From Armatimonadota bacterium (GTDB taxonomy: Bacteria; Armatimonadota; Fimbriimonadia; Fimbriimonadales; GBS-DC): a DNA stretch of 64,000 nt. Within the stretch, counting starts at the first letter, position 1, and each line of letters opens with the position of its first letter. The position numbers and the translations under genes were made by a program. The stretch is from positions 4,808 through 68,807 of the forward strand of contig JAUQOS010000002.1 of NCBI GenBank assembly GCA_030550775.1, in the 5' to 3' direction. The notes under the pieces were generated by a model. It saw only the letters and a list, made by a program, of their open reading frames with translations. It was not told the DNA's origin and did no database searches. Shown here one piece after another: positions 10,913 through 20,076 of this stretch.

Positions 10913-11673
10913 TGCATCCGATTGAGGTGCGCAACTTGGTGGTGGCATATCGGCGGTGGTTCAAGCCGCCCCTGCGTGCGGTGGATGGTCTTAGCTTCGA
11001 AGTGCGCGCAGGCGAGATTGTGGGCTTTCTGGGCGTCAACGGTGCCGGCAAAACCAGCACCATCAAAACCTTGATGGGCTTCCAACCGCCCACAGCGGGC
11101 GAGGTGCGCTTGTTTGGAATGCAAGCGACCGATGCGCGTGCCCGTCGGCTGGTGGGCTTCCTGCCAGAAACCGCGCTTTATTCGCCCTACCTAACCCCTT
11201 ACGAGACGCTACGCCTGTATGGCGAGTTGCACGGGCTGCGCGGACGCCAACTCAAGGCGCAAATCGAAGCGTTGCTGGAGATGGTCAACCTTGCCCACAA
11301 AATGCACACGCTCAATAAGCATCTCTCCAAAGGCATGTTGCAGCGCGTCGGCATTGCGCAAGCACTGCTGGGCGACCCGCAGCTGCTGATTTTGGACGAA
11401 GTTTCGTCGGGCTTAGACCCCATCGGCAAGCGCGAACTGCGCGACCTACTGGCAGCCCAACGCCAGCGCGGCACCACGATCTTTTTCTCGTCGCACGAGC
11501 TGGCAGAGGTGGCTTCTATCTGCGACCGAATCTTGGTAATCCACAAAGGCAAACTCATCGCGGAACATCGGTTGGACGAGTTGGTGGGACGCGTGCAATC
11601 GCTGGAAGACTACTTTATCCGCACCGTGCAAGCGGAACGCGACATTTTGGGCAAGGAGGTACAGGCGGCATGA
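10912..11673 (+). CDS. ABC transporter ATP-binding protein (ABC-2 type)
   Basis: Walker A GVNGAGKTST, signature LSKGMLQRV, Walker B LLILDE. The start overlaps the lnt stop (TGATG). Confidence 0.9.
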   Translation: MHPIEVRNLVVAYRRWFKPPLRAVDGLSFEVRAGEIVGFLGVNGAGKTSTIKTLMGFQPPTAGEVRLFGMQATDARARRLVGFLPETALYSPYLTPYETLRLYGELHGLRGRQLKAQIEALLEMVNLAHKMHTLNKHLSKGMLQRVGIAQALLGDPQLLILDEVSSGLDPIGKRELRDLLAAQRQRGTTIFFSSHELAEVASICDRILVIHKGKLIAEHRLDELVGRVQSLEDYFIRTVQAERDILGKEVQAA

Positions 11674-12446
11674 CGCGCACTTGGCAGATTACGCGCGCGC
11701 TGATGGTGGCGGGGCTGTTAGAGACCGTCCGGCGCAAGGATGTGTATGTGGTGCTGATTTTGAGTGCGCTCCTGACACTGGGCGCAGCGGCGTTTCGGGT
11801 GTTTGGCGTGCAGGGGCTGGAGATTTTCGTCAAGGATGTGGCGTTCAGCGCAGTGGGGATTATGTCAACAGTGCTTACCATACTGATTGCCGCACGCCAG
11901 ATTCCCGAGGAGTTGCAGCGCCGTACGATATACCCGTTGATGGCGCGCCCCATCACACGCGGGCAGTTACTACTCGGCAAGTGGGTCACAGCCACGCTAA
12001 CTGCGGGTGTGGCGTTTCTGTTGCTGGCGTTGGCAAACTTGGTGCTGTTGGTATCGCTGGGCATTACGCTTAAACCGATTTTCGTGCAGTACCTCCTGCT
12101 CAAACTGCTGGGCATTGCGTGGCTTTCGGCGCTGGTGATTGCGCTCTCGGTGTATCTTACGCCGCCTGCCACGATTACGATAGCGCTGATTTTGGCGTTT
12201 GGCTCAGGCGCGTTCGGGCGGCTGCTGCTAATGGCCCACTGGGAGCACGGCTTGGATGCGCTGTGGCTCAATCTGCTCTATGGCATTTTGCCTCACTACG
12301 ACTACTTTGATATGAGCAAGAAGGTGGTGTTTGACTGGGATTTGGCGCCGTGGGGCGTGTTGTTGGCGATGGCGGGCTACGCAGTGCTCAGCAGCACCGC
12401 ATGGCTGTTCGTCGGGTGGTTGCGCTTCCGCAAGCAAACGCTGTAG
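11670..12446 (+). CDS. ABC-2 family transporter permease
   Basis: 258 aa with about 6 TM segments. ATGA overlap with the ATPase gene. Confidence 0.7.
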   Translation: MTRTWQITRALMVAGLLETVRRKDVYVVLILSALLTLGAAAFRVFGVQGLEIFVKDVAFSAVGIMSTVLTILIAARQIPEELQRRTIYPLMARPITRGQLLLGKWVTATLTAGVAFLLLALANLVLLVSLGITLKPIFVQYLLLKLLGIAWLSALVIALSVYLTPPATITIALILAFGSGAFGRLLLMAHWEHGLDALWLNLLYGILPHYDYFDMSKKVVFDWDLAPWGVLLAMAGYAVLSSTAWLFVGWLRFRKQTL

Positions 12447-12500
12447 GAAGCTGATTGGGCAACGCCCCAAAATCAGGTACACTCTGCAGGAGGTTTAGCA

Positions 12501-13898
12501 ATGGTGCGTATTGAGCGTGATGCGTTAGGAGAGCGTGAACTGCCCGCCGATGTCTATTGGGGCTTGCAAACCCTACGGGCGCAAGAGAATTTCCCGATTA
12601 GTGGCATCACCGAACCCCCGCTGATGATTGATTCCTATGTACTGCTCAAAAAAGCCGCCGCCCAAGCGAATATGGAGTTAGGGCTAATCCCTGAGAATGT
12701 TGGGCGTGCGATTATTCAGGCAGCGGACGAGATTCTACAAGGCAACCTACGCGACCAGTTCCCGACAGATATTTTCCATCAAGGTGCAGGCACTTCGTTC
12801 CATATGAATGTGAACGAGGTGCTGGCGAACCGCGCGATTGAGATTTTGGGCGGGCGCAAGGGCGACTACTCCCGCGTGCACCCAAACGACCATGTGAACT
12901 TCGGGCAGTCTACAAACGACACTTTCCCCACCGCGATGCGGATTGCCACGCGCCTTGCGCTGCGCGAGCTGTTCCCCGCGCTGGACGCGCTCACCGATGC
13001 TTTCGCCCAGAAAGGCAAAGAGTTTGACCATGTGCTCAAATCGGGGCGTACGCACTTGCAGGATGCGGTGCCCATTCGCTTAGGGCAAGAGTTCGCGGCA
13101 TACGCGGCGACGCTACGCAAGTGCCGACGCATTCTGGAGTTCGCAGCCGAGTTTGTGGAGGAGTTAGGCATCGGCGGCAGCGCGGTCGGCACGGGGCTGA
13201 ACACACACCCGCAATACCGCTTCCGCGTGGTGGAGTTGCTACGCGAGTGGACGGGTATTCCGTTCCGCGCTGCTGAGGATATGCGCGAGGCGATGCAAAG
13301 CCAAATGCCCATCCAGTTGGTCGGCTCGGCATTGCGCACACTTGCGCTGGAGCTAACCCGCATCGTCAACGACCTACGCCTGCTGGCGTCGGGACCGCTG
13401 ACGGGCTTTGCGGAGATTACCTTGCCTGCCGTGCAACCCGGCAGCAGCATCATGCCCGGCAAGGTGAATCCCAGCATTCCCGAAATGGCTAACATGGTCT
13501 GTTTCCAAGTGATTGGCAACGCCACCACAATCGACTACGCTGTGCAGGCAGGGCAGCTGGAGCTGAATGTGATGATGCCCGTTATGGCATACAACGCCGT
13601 CTACTCCATCCAGATTATGACCGCTATGATGCGCCAGCTGGACGAGCGGTGTGTGCGTGGCATCACTGCCAACGAGGAGCGGTGCCGCCACTATGCAGAA
13701 ACCAGCCCCAGCTTGGCAACCGCACTGAACCCCTATGTGGGCTACGCCACCGCGGCGGAGGTGGTCAAGCAAGCCCTGCGCGAAGGGCGCTCGATCATCG
13801 ATGTGGTGCGCGAGCGCAACCTGCTAACCGAAGAGCAAATCACGGAAGTGTTTGATCCCTACAAAATGACCGAGCCGGGTATTCCCGGCAAAGTGTAG
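12501..13898 (+). CDS. aspA: Aspartate ammonia-lyase (fumarase/aspartase superfamily)
   Basis: 465 aa. RIERDALGERELPADVYWG.QTLRA.ENF, GAGTSFHMN and GSSIMPGKVNP. The GAGTS variant favours AspA over FumC. AGGAGG SD upstream. Confidence 0.78.
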   Translation: MVRIERDALGERELPADVYWGLQTLRAQENFPISGITEPPLMIDSYVLLKKAAAQANMELGLIPENVGRAIIQAADEILQGNLRDQFPTDIFHQGAGTSFHMNVNEVLANRAIEILGGRKGDYSRVHPNDHVNFGQSTNDTFPTAMRIATRLALRELFPALDALTDAFAQKGKEFDHVLKSGRTHLQDAVPIRLGQEFAAYAATLRKCRRILEFAAEFVEELGIGGSAVGTGLNTHPQYRFRVVELLREWTGIPFRAAEDMREAMQSQMPIQLVGSALRTLALELTRIVNDLRLLASGPLTGFAEITLPAVQPGSSIMPGKVNPSIPEMANMVCFQVIGNATTIDYAVQAGQLELNVMMPVMAYNAVYSIQIMTAMMRQLDERCVRGITANEERCRHYAETSPSLATALNPYVGYATAAEVVKQALREGRSIIDVVRERNLLTEEQITEVFDPYKMTEPGIPGKV

Positions 13899-13903
13899 CA
13901 GCA

Positions 13904-13931
13904 GTGGGGGCGGCGCTGCGCCAGCCCCCAC
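13904..13931 (+). terminator. GC-rich hairpin after aspA (no U tract)
   Basis: GTGGGGGC..GCCAGCCCCCAC, an imperfect stem of about 12 bp. Confidence 0.35.
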
Positions 13932-13996
13932 CGAAGAGTTAGTAGCCCATTAACCCGCCAGTCGCCCAAATTTCGCCAAGATTTAACAAAACCCCC

Positions 13997-14025
13997 TTGA
14001 CAACCCCGCAAAAATGCTGTATAAT
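13997..14025 (+). promoter_or_regulatory. Consensus sigma70-type promoter TTGACA-17 nt-TATAAT
   Basis: TTGACA at 13997-14002 and TATAAT at 14020-14025, spaced exactly 17 nt, about 38 nt upstream of the ATG at 14063. Confidence 0.65.
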
Positions 14026-14062
14026 GGAGGCGTTCCTTCCAATCCATTCAAGGAGGGCAGAG

Positions 14063-15391
14063 ATGCGACACTTTGTGGCGTTAGGAGCGGTGCTACTAAC
14101 CGCACAGACGACAGTGCTTTACGCGCAATCGCCTGAGTCTGAGGTGAAAGGTGATACGACCATCGTCGTGCATGAGCCAGGCGTAGCTGACCTGAAGTTG
14201 ACTTGGGAGCTGGTACCTCGTACCCCAATTGAGTTCGTCCCGTTTGAGATGGTGGATCCGCGCACGGGCAAGCCTGTGCGTCCGGACACGATGATTGAGG
14301 TCAACGGTGTTCGCATGCGTGCGGGCGATTACTATCGCCGCTTGAACGCGATGGAGCGCTGGCTGAACGCGCACGGCTACTCGCTGCGCACGGACACAAC
14401 CTTCGAGTACTACTCGCCGCAACTGGAGCAGGAGATTGCCGAGTCGGAACTGCGCCTGAAGGAACTGGAGCAGCAGCTGCCGATGGAAGGCGAGCCGATG
14501 GAGGCACCACTGGGTGGCGACTTCTTGCCTGCTGCGTGCCAAGGTGACGGGCGCAACTTCGACACGGGTTGGTTTGGCAACTCGCTGTTTGGGGTACGCT
14601 TCACCGCCTCGGGCAGCTATCAAGTCTGCTATCCGATTCCGCTGTCGGCAGCGGTGAATGGGCAGGCGGCCATTTACGGGCGTCTTGGCGGTGTGGAGCG
14701 CGCTGTTGCGGAAGCATCGGCGAGGGCATCGGCTTCCACCAGCGACCTGCAAACCCTGAACTACAGCTACGAAGTGAACGTGCGCGTGCTAGGCAACGAT
14801 GTGTGGGGACCCAGCGACAGTGGGCAGGTGCCGCTGCGCTTCACCCGCAACTGGGATTGGCGCATCGCCTCGGTGGATTGGCGCAGCCCCACGATTCCGC
14901 TTGGCTGCGTGAATGTGCTGGGTATCAACATCTGCCTGAACGGGCGCGCTGGCGTGGCTGGCTACCTGAACCTGGCTGCGGGTGTAGACCTGTGGGTGCT
15001 TGGCCAGCATGCAGTGGTGCGACCCTACGGGCAGATGAGCGGCTTCGCCGAGGCGTGGATTGGCGCCAACGCCGGAATCGCTCGTGTGGAAGCTGGAGTG
15101 CGCGGTAATCTAAACTTTTTCAACGGCGAACTCAACGGTACCGCCACGGGCAACTTTTCCTTGCGATTTGAAAACAACCAGACCTGCATTGACTATGGCT
15201 TCAACGCACGCCTCGTGGCGAACTTCAACGCGCTCAGCGGCAACCTGCAAGCGTATGCTCGCGGCTGCGTGTGGTTGCTCCGCTGGCGCTGCGCTGAGGG
15301 CACCCTCACCCTGTTCTCGTGGGGCGGCATCAACTGGTACAACCGCGAACTAGCTTCGTGGGGCCGCACCGTGAATCTCGGCTGCTTCTAA
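14063..15391 (+). CDS. Secreted Cys-rich hypothetical protein
   Basis: 442 aa from MRHFVALGAVLLTAQTTVLYAQ (signal peptide), with AAGGAGGG SD upstream. About 10 Cys; ends in GCF. I recognise no family. Confidence 0.65.
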   Translation: MRHFVALGAVLLTAQTTVLYAQSPESEVKGDTTIVVHEPGVADLKLTWELVPRTPIEFVPFEMVDPRTGKPVRPDTMIEVNGVRMRAGDYYRRLNAMERWLNAHGYSLRTDTTFEYYSPQLEQEIAESELRLKELEQQLPMEGEPMEAPLGGDFLPAACQGDGRNFDTGWFGNSLFGVRFTASGSYQVCYPIPLSAAVNGQAAIYGRLGGVERAVAEASARASASTSDLQTLNYSYEVNVRVLGNDVWGPSDSGQVPLRFTRNWDWRIASVDWRSPTIPLGCVNVLGINICLNGRAGVAGYLNLAAGVDLWVLGQHAVVRPYGQMSGFAEAWIGANAGIARVEAGVRGNLNFFNGELNGTATGNFSLRFENNQTCIDYGFNARLVANFNALSGNLQAYARGCVWLLRWRCAEGTLTLFSWGGINWYNRELASWGRTVNLGCF

Positions 15392-15400
15392 GCAAAGCTG

Positions 15401-15425
15401 GGCGCTTGGGCAACCCCCAAGCGCC
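15401..15425 (+). terminator. GC-rich hairpin
   Basis: GGCGCTTGGG-CAACC-CCCAAGCGCC, a perfect 10-bp stem 10 nt after the stop codon. Confidence 0.4.
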
Positions 15426-15455
15426 TATACCTCCTTCCGAAAGGCAGGCGATCCC

Positions 15456-17318
15456 ATGCGCACCGTTGCATTTGTTCTTGCGACCGCAATCTGGCTCAGT
15501 GCCCTTGCGCAAGAGAGCCTGACCTACACAGTAACAGGCGAATCGCTCTCGCGCGCCTGGCTCTCCGTCCTCTACAGCGCACCTGAAGACAACCCCTCTG
15601 CGACCCAATCCCCAGAGCTGGAACTGCGCCAACGGTTTCGTTACACTCTTACACTTAGCCGCCTTGACTCCGCCACTTTCGAGGCACGCTGGACGAACTG
15701 GGAAGTAGAAACCCCGCTAACTCCTGAACTCAAACAACTGCTCGCGGAAATCCAACGCCTCTCGCCGGCTTACTACCGCCGCGCTACTGCTGGGACAATC
15801 GAACTTTTCAGCCCCGCCGGGCGCGAAGCATGGCAGCGCCAAGCTGTTGCCAGCATTCTGTATCCATTTCAGTTTGTGCGCCCCTCTGGCACCAACCAAG
15901 CCGAGTGGCGCACGGAAGAACAACATCCAAGCGGGCGTGTCCGCTGTCGCTATCGCCTCGTGCGCACTGAAAAAAATGGGGTACAAGTGGTCAACAAAGT
16001 CGTAGAGGCAGTGGTGCTGAGCGAGGAAGAGCAGCGTTTAGGCAAAACCCACACAATCAAAGGGCACTTGGAGTATCGCTTGGATGCCGCTGGTACAATT
16101 CTGTCGGTTCGCGGCACTACGCGCGAGCAAATCGGCTATCGTGGGCTGCCTGCTTCTTACACCGAACAGCGGCTTGACATTCAGTTCGTGCGTCGTACTG
16201 CACTTTCTTCTGCCCAGTTGAAAACTAAGCGAGCGCAATTGGCCCGCCTGCAAGGAAGCTGGCACGGCTTATATGCACCCCCCACTCAGGAAGAACAACA
16301 ACAGGCACGTGCGGCTGCAACCCTGCGTGGCAAAACCCGCCAACAGCTGCTGGAAGCCACGGACCAGTTCTTAGCCCGCGTGGACGCAGGGGAGAACATT
16401 CCTGTAGAACAGCAGAACCAGTTGCGTGTGGAACTGGAGGCGGGGTTCGTCGTCTACGGCGAGCCGTTAGCACGAGCGTTAGCTCAGCGGCTACAGACGC
16501 GGAGCCAGGATGACGACGGTTTTTGGCTGCTGGCGGGTGTTCTGAGCTACAGCGGACTGCGCGAAGCCCAAGCTGCCCTCGCTGAGTTTTTGATCCAGAC
16601 CGAGAACACACGCCTCAAGCGCGCGCTGGCACAACAGATCGCCCTGATGCGCGCTCCGCACAGCGAGGTCGTGCAACAGCTGTGGGACTACGCGCGCACT
16701 CTGCCCGCTGGCGAACTTCAGCAAGTGTTGATTGTAAGCCTGAGCAACTTAGTGCGCCAGCTGCGCACCCGCGACGAAGCCCTCTACAACACCTACAGCG
16801 ACTGGAGCCGCACCCAGCTGGAGGCTGCCCAAGAGCCTACCCAGCAACGCTTCTGGCTGACCGTCGTCGGGGCATTAGCAAACCCGACCATGCTGCCTCT
16901 GATAGAGCAATATGCGCGGCGAGGCGACGAGGCGACCCGGCTGAGCGCCCTCAGCGCGCTTAGCAACCTCGGCACCGCCGAAAGTGTAGCAATTGCGGTG
17001 CGCCTATACCCCTTGGAGCCATCACCCGCCGTGCGCGAGAAAATCGCGCAACTCTTGGGCAAATGGTGGCACGAGCCGCAGGCACGCACGACATTGGAGC
17101 AAGCAGTCTTCACCGATACCTCGGTGCGGGTGCGGAAAGCGATCGTGCAAGTGCTGGGTGAGCTGGCAACCAAACACAACGATGCCCTCGAGCTGTTAGT
17201 GCGCGTGGCTGAAACCAACTCGGAGCCTGCCATACGGCGTGAGGCGATGATTGCGCTGGCAGCTTTGCATGCTGCAGGCGTCCAAGTGCCCCCTGTCAAA
17301 GCAGCTCCAGCTCCCTAA
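15456..17318 (+). CDS. Secreted HEAT/armadillo-repeat protein (hypothetical)
   Basis: 620 aa with a signal peptide (MRTVAFVLATAIWLSALAQ). The C-terminal third carries HEAT-like repeats (VREKIAQLLG, VRVRKAIVQVLGEL, PAIRREAMIALAAL). Confidence 0.62.
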   Translation: MRTVAFVLATAIWLSALAQESLTYTVTGESLSRAWLSVLYSAPEDNPSATQSPELELRQRFRYTLTLSRLDSATFEARWTNWEVETPLTPELKQLLAEIQRLSPAYYRRATAGTIELFSPAGREAWQRQAVASILYPFQFVRPSGTNQAEWRTEEQHPSGRVRCRYRLVRTEKNGVQVVNKVVEAVVLSEEEQRLGKTHTIKGHLEYRLDAAGTILSVRGTTREQIGYRGLPASYTEQRLDIQFVRRTALSSAQLKTKRAQLARLQGSWHGLYAPPTQEEQQQARAAATLRGKTRQQLLEATDQFLARVDAGENIPVEQQNQLRVELEAGFVVYGEPLARALAQRLQTRSQDDDGFWLLAGVLSYSGLREAQAALAEFLIQTENTRLKRALAQQIALMRAPHSEVVQQLWDYARTLPAGELQQVLIVSLSNLVRQLRTRDEALYNTYSDWSRTQLEAAQEPTQQRFWLTVVGALANPTMLPLIEQYARRGDEATRLSALSALSNLGTAESVAIAVRLYPLEPSPAVREKIAQLLGKWWHEPQARTTLEQAVFTDTSVRVRKAIVQVLGELATKHNDALELLVRVAETNSEPAIRREAMIALAALHAAGVQVPPVKAAPAP

Positions 17319-17348
17319 ACCAAGTAGGTAGGGTACAATTGAGAGCGA

Positions 17349-18566
17349 ATGCGCTACCGAATTTACTGCGACGCGCTGGTTACCGACGGGCAGCGGTACA
17401 GGCAGCGCGCCTTAGTGATCGAGCAAGGGAGAGTCGTCGCGTGGGAACCGTATGACCCCGCGCGCCTTGCGCGCATCGAGCCGCCCGACATCGACGCACG
17501 AGGCTACATTGCCTTGCCCGGCATGATAGACATCCATGTGCATGGGGGCTTCGGGCGCGACATGATGGAAGGCACCACCAACGCCATTCAAGCCATCGCG
17601 CGTCAACTCGTGCGGCACGGCGTTACGGCGTTCTTAGTGACGCCCCTTACCGCCCCTTGGCACGCAATTCGGCAGTGTATTGCTGCGGCGCGTGAGGTGC
17701 GAACGCACGGTGCCGACGGTGCGCGCGTACTGGGCTGCCACTTGGAAGGACCCTTCATCAACCCCCAGCGTGCAGGCGCGCAACCACCTGAATACATCCG
17801 CCCACCCAGCGTCAGAGAACTGGAAGCCGAGCTGGGCGAACTCATCAGCGAACTGCGCATCATCACACTTGCCCCTGAACTAGACGGTGCCTTAGAACTC
17901 ATCCGCTATCTGGTGGCGCAGGGGGTTATCGTCTCCGTTGGGCATACCGACGCGACTTACGAGGAAGTGCAACGCGCGGTGGAGTTGGGCGCACGCCACG
18001 CTACCCACACCTTCAACGCCATGCGCCCGTTCCAACACCGCGACCCCGGCACGGTGGGCGCAGTGCTCACCATGCCCGAACTGACCGCTGAAATCATCTG
18101 GGACCATGTGCACACCCACCCCGCCGCGGCGGAATTGCTGGTGCACGCCAAAGGTGCCGAAGGTGTGATTTGCGTGTCAGACGGCACCACAGGGGTGGGC
18201 ATGCCCGATGGCTACGAATTTGAACTGTGGGGGCATCGAGCAGTGGTGCGCGAGAACGCTGCCCGCATGGTGGAAACGGGCGGTCTGGCAGGGAGCACCA
18301 TCGCGATGGACACATGCTTACGCCTATGCGCCCAAGCGTTCGGGCTGGAGACAGCATCGCTGCTGTGTGCGGCGAACCCTGCCCGCGCGCTGGGCTACGA
18401 GTGCCAATTAGGCACCCTACGCCCATCTGCCCAAGCCGATATAATTCTCTGGGATCCTGCCACCCAACAGGTAGCCCAAGTTTTCGTGGCGGGCGTTCGG
18501 CAGAACCTCGTATCGCCATCGGCAGGAATCGAGTCGCCCGCGACGAATCGCAACACACAGTCCTGA
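17349..18566 (+). CDS. nagA: N-acetylglucosamine-6-phosphate deacetylase
   Basis: 405 aa. PGMIDIHVHGGFG.D, HLEGPF and GHTDATY amidohydrolase motifs are typical of NagA. TACAAT lies 9 nt upstream of the ATG with no SD. Confidence 0.86.
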   Translation: MRYRIYCDALVTDGQRYRQRALVIEQGRVVAWEPYDPARLARIEPPDIDARGYIALPGMIDIHVHGGFGRDMMEGTTNAIQAIARQLVRHGVTAFLVTPLTAPWHAIRQCIAAAREVRTHGADGARVLGCHLEGPFINPQRAGAQPPEYIRPPSVRELEAELGELISELRIITLAPELDGALELIRYLVAQGVIVSVGHTDATYEEVQRAVELGARHATHTFNAMRPFQHRDPGTVGAVLTMPELTAEIIWDHVHTHPAAAELLVHAKGAEGVICVSDGTTGVGMPDGYEFELWGHRAVVRENAARMVETGGLAGSTIAMDTCLRLCAQAFGLETASLLCAANPARALGYECQLGTLRPSAQADIILWDPATQQVAQVFVAGVRQNLVSPSAGIESPATNRNTQS

Positions 18567-18582
18567 AGGAGGAGCGTAGACG

Positions 18583-20076
18583 ATGTGGACGGACGAGCTA
18601 ACCCGTGAGACGGCGTCGACCGAGTCGACTTCGATGCCTGAGGCGACCGCGCAGACCACAGCTGTTGAGACCGCGTCGGAGCCTACAAGTGCAGAGTCTC
18701 AACCCGAGCCGGTGGCAGCTGCTGAACCGACTGCCGAGGGCACCCCAGTGGCACACGCCTCGGCAACTGAGCCTACCGCAAGTGCATCGCAAGCCGAAAT
18801 GCCTACCCCTGAGGAGGAACCCACCACGATGGATGAAGCCCTCGAACAAGGGCTACCGTCCTTCGAGCGTGGTGAGGTTATCCAAGCCACAGTGGTACAA
18901 GTAGACCACGATTCGGTGCTGGTGGATGTGGGCGCCAAAAGCGAAGTGCGCATTCCAAAGCGCGAGTTAGCCATCGGCGAGGTGCAATCGGCAGCCGATG
19001 TGGTGCAAGTGGGCGACACAATTGAGGTGAAGGTGGTGCGCACGCGCGGTGAGGGCGGCATGCCTGAACTCTCCAAGCGCGAAGCCGACTTCGACAAGCT
19101 TTGGGAATCGATTGTGCGCGCCTACGAGAACAAAGAAACCCTCGAGGCGATGGTGGAGGATGTGGTCAAGGGCGGCGTGGTGGTGAATATCGGCGTGCGC
19201 TGCTTTGTGCCCGCCAGCCAAATCGCCCGACGCTTACCGCCCAACCAACTAGATCGCCTCGTGGGCGAGGTGATACCAATCAAAATAATCGACCTCGACC
19301 ATGAGCGGCGCAAGGCGGTTGCCTCCAACAAGCTGGCCGAAGAAGAAATCCGAAGGCGACGCGAAGAGGAGGAGCGCCAGCGACGCGAGCGTGTGTTCGC
19401 CACCCTCAAAGTGGGGCAACACTTCCGCGGAGTGGTCAAACGCCTCACTTCCTACGGTGCATTCGTAGACATCGGGGAGTACGAAGGGCTGCTGCATGTG
19501 AGCGAGATTTCGTGGGCACGCATCAACGACCCGCGCGAAGTACTCAAAGAGGGCGACGAAATTGATGTCGTGGTCATTCGCTTGGAGCCTGAAAACGGCA
19601 AGGTGGCCCTAAGCCGTCGCCAAGTGTTGCCCGACCCATGGCAAATCGCGGCGCAGCAGTACAAAGTGGGCGACGAAATCGAAGTGCCGATTGTGCGTAT
19701 CGTGCGCACAGGCGCGTTCGCCCGCGTCATGGAAGGCGTGGATGCGTTCCTGCCTTTGCAAGAGCTGTCCAGCAAGCGCATCAAGAGCGCCGAAGAAGTA
19801 GTGTCGGTGGGCGAGGTGGTCAAAGGGCGCATTATTGAGCTGGACCCGCGCCGCCGACGCATGGTGCTGAGCCTGCGCGCCCCTGAGGAGCAGCGTGCTG
19901 TACAAGAGCATCGCCAGCAACGCGCGGCAGCCCCTAAAGGCACGGGCTTCACGATAGGAGAGCGGCTCCAAGCGCAACTGGAGCAACTGCGCGCTGCCGC
20001 AGAGGAGGAAACCACCGAATCGCCCGCAACGCCCGAATCGGCAGCAGGAAATGAAGGCGATGCGTCGAACGCCTAA
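18583..20076 (+). CDS. rpsA: 30S ribosomal protein S1 with an acidic low-complexity N-terminal extension
   Basis: 497 aa with four S1 OB-fold repeats (GEVIQATVVQV.., GGVVVNIG.., GQHFRGVVKRLTSYGAFVDIG, GDEIEVPIVRIVRTGAFARV). About 85 aa at the N-terminus are rich in T/E/P/A. AAGGAGG SD upstream. Confidence 0.86.
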   Translation: MWTDELTRETASTESTSMPEATAQTTAVETASEPTSAESQPEPVAAAEPTAEGTPVAHASATEPTASASQAEMPTPEEEPTTMDEALEQGLPSFERGEVIQATVVQVDHDSVLVDVGAKSEVRIPKRELAIGEVQSAADVVQVGDTIEVKVVRTRGEGGMPELSKREADFDKLWESIVRAYENKETLEAMVEDVVKGGVVVNIGVRCFVPASQIARRLPPNQLDRLVGEVIPIKIIDLDHERRKAVASNKLAEEEIRRRREEEERQRRERVFATLKVGQHFRGVVKRLTSYGAFVDIGEYEGLLHVSEISWARINDPREVLKEGDEIDVVVIRLEPENGKVALSRRQVLPDPWQIAAQQYKVGDEIEVPIVRIVRTGAFARVMEGVDAFLPLQELSSKRIKSAEEVVSVGEVVKGRIIELDPRRRRMVLSLRAPEEQRAVQEHRQQRAAAPKGTGFTIGERLQAQLEQLRAAAEEETTESPATPESAAGNEGDASNA

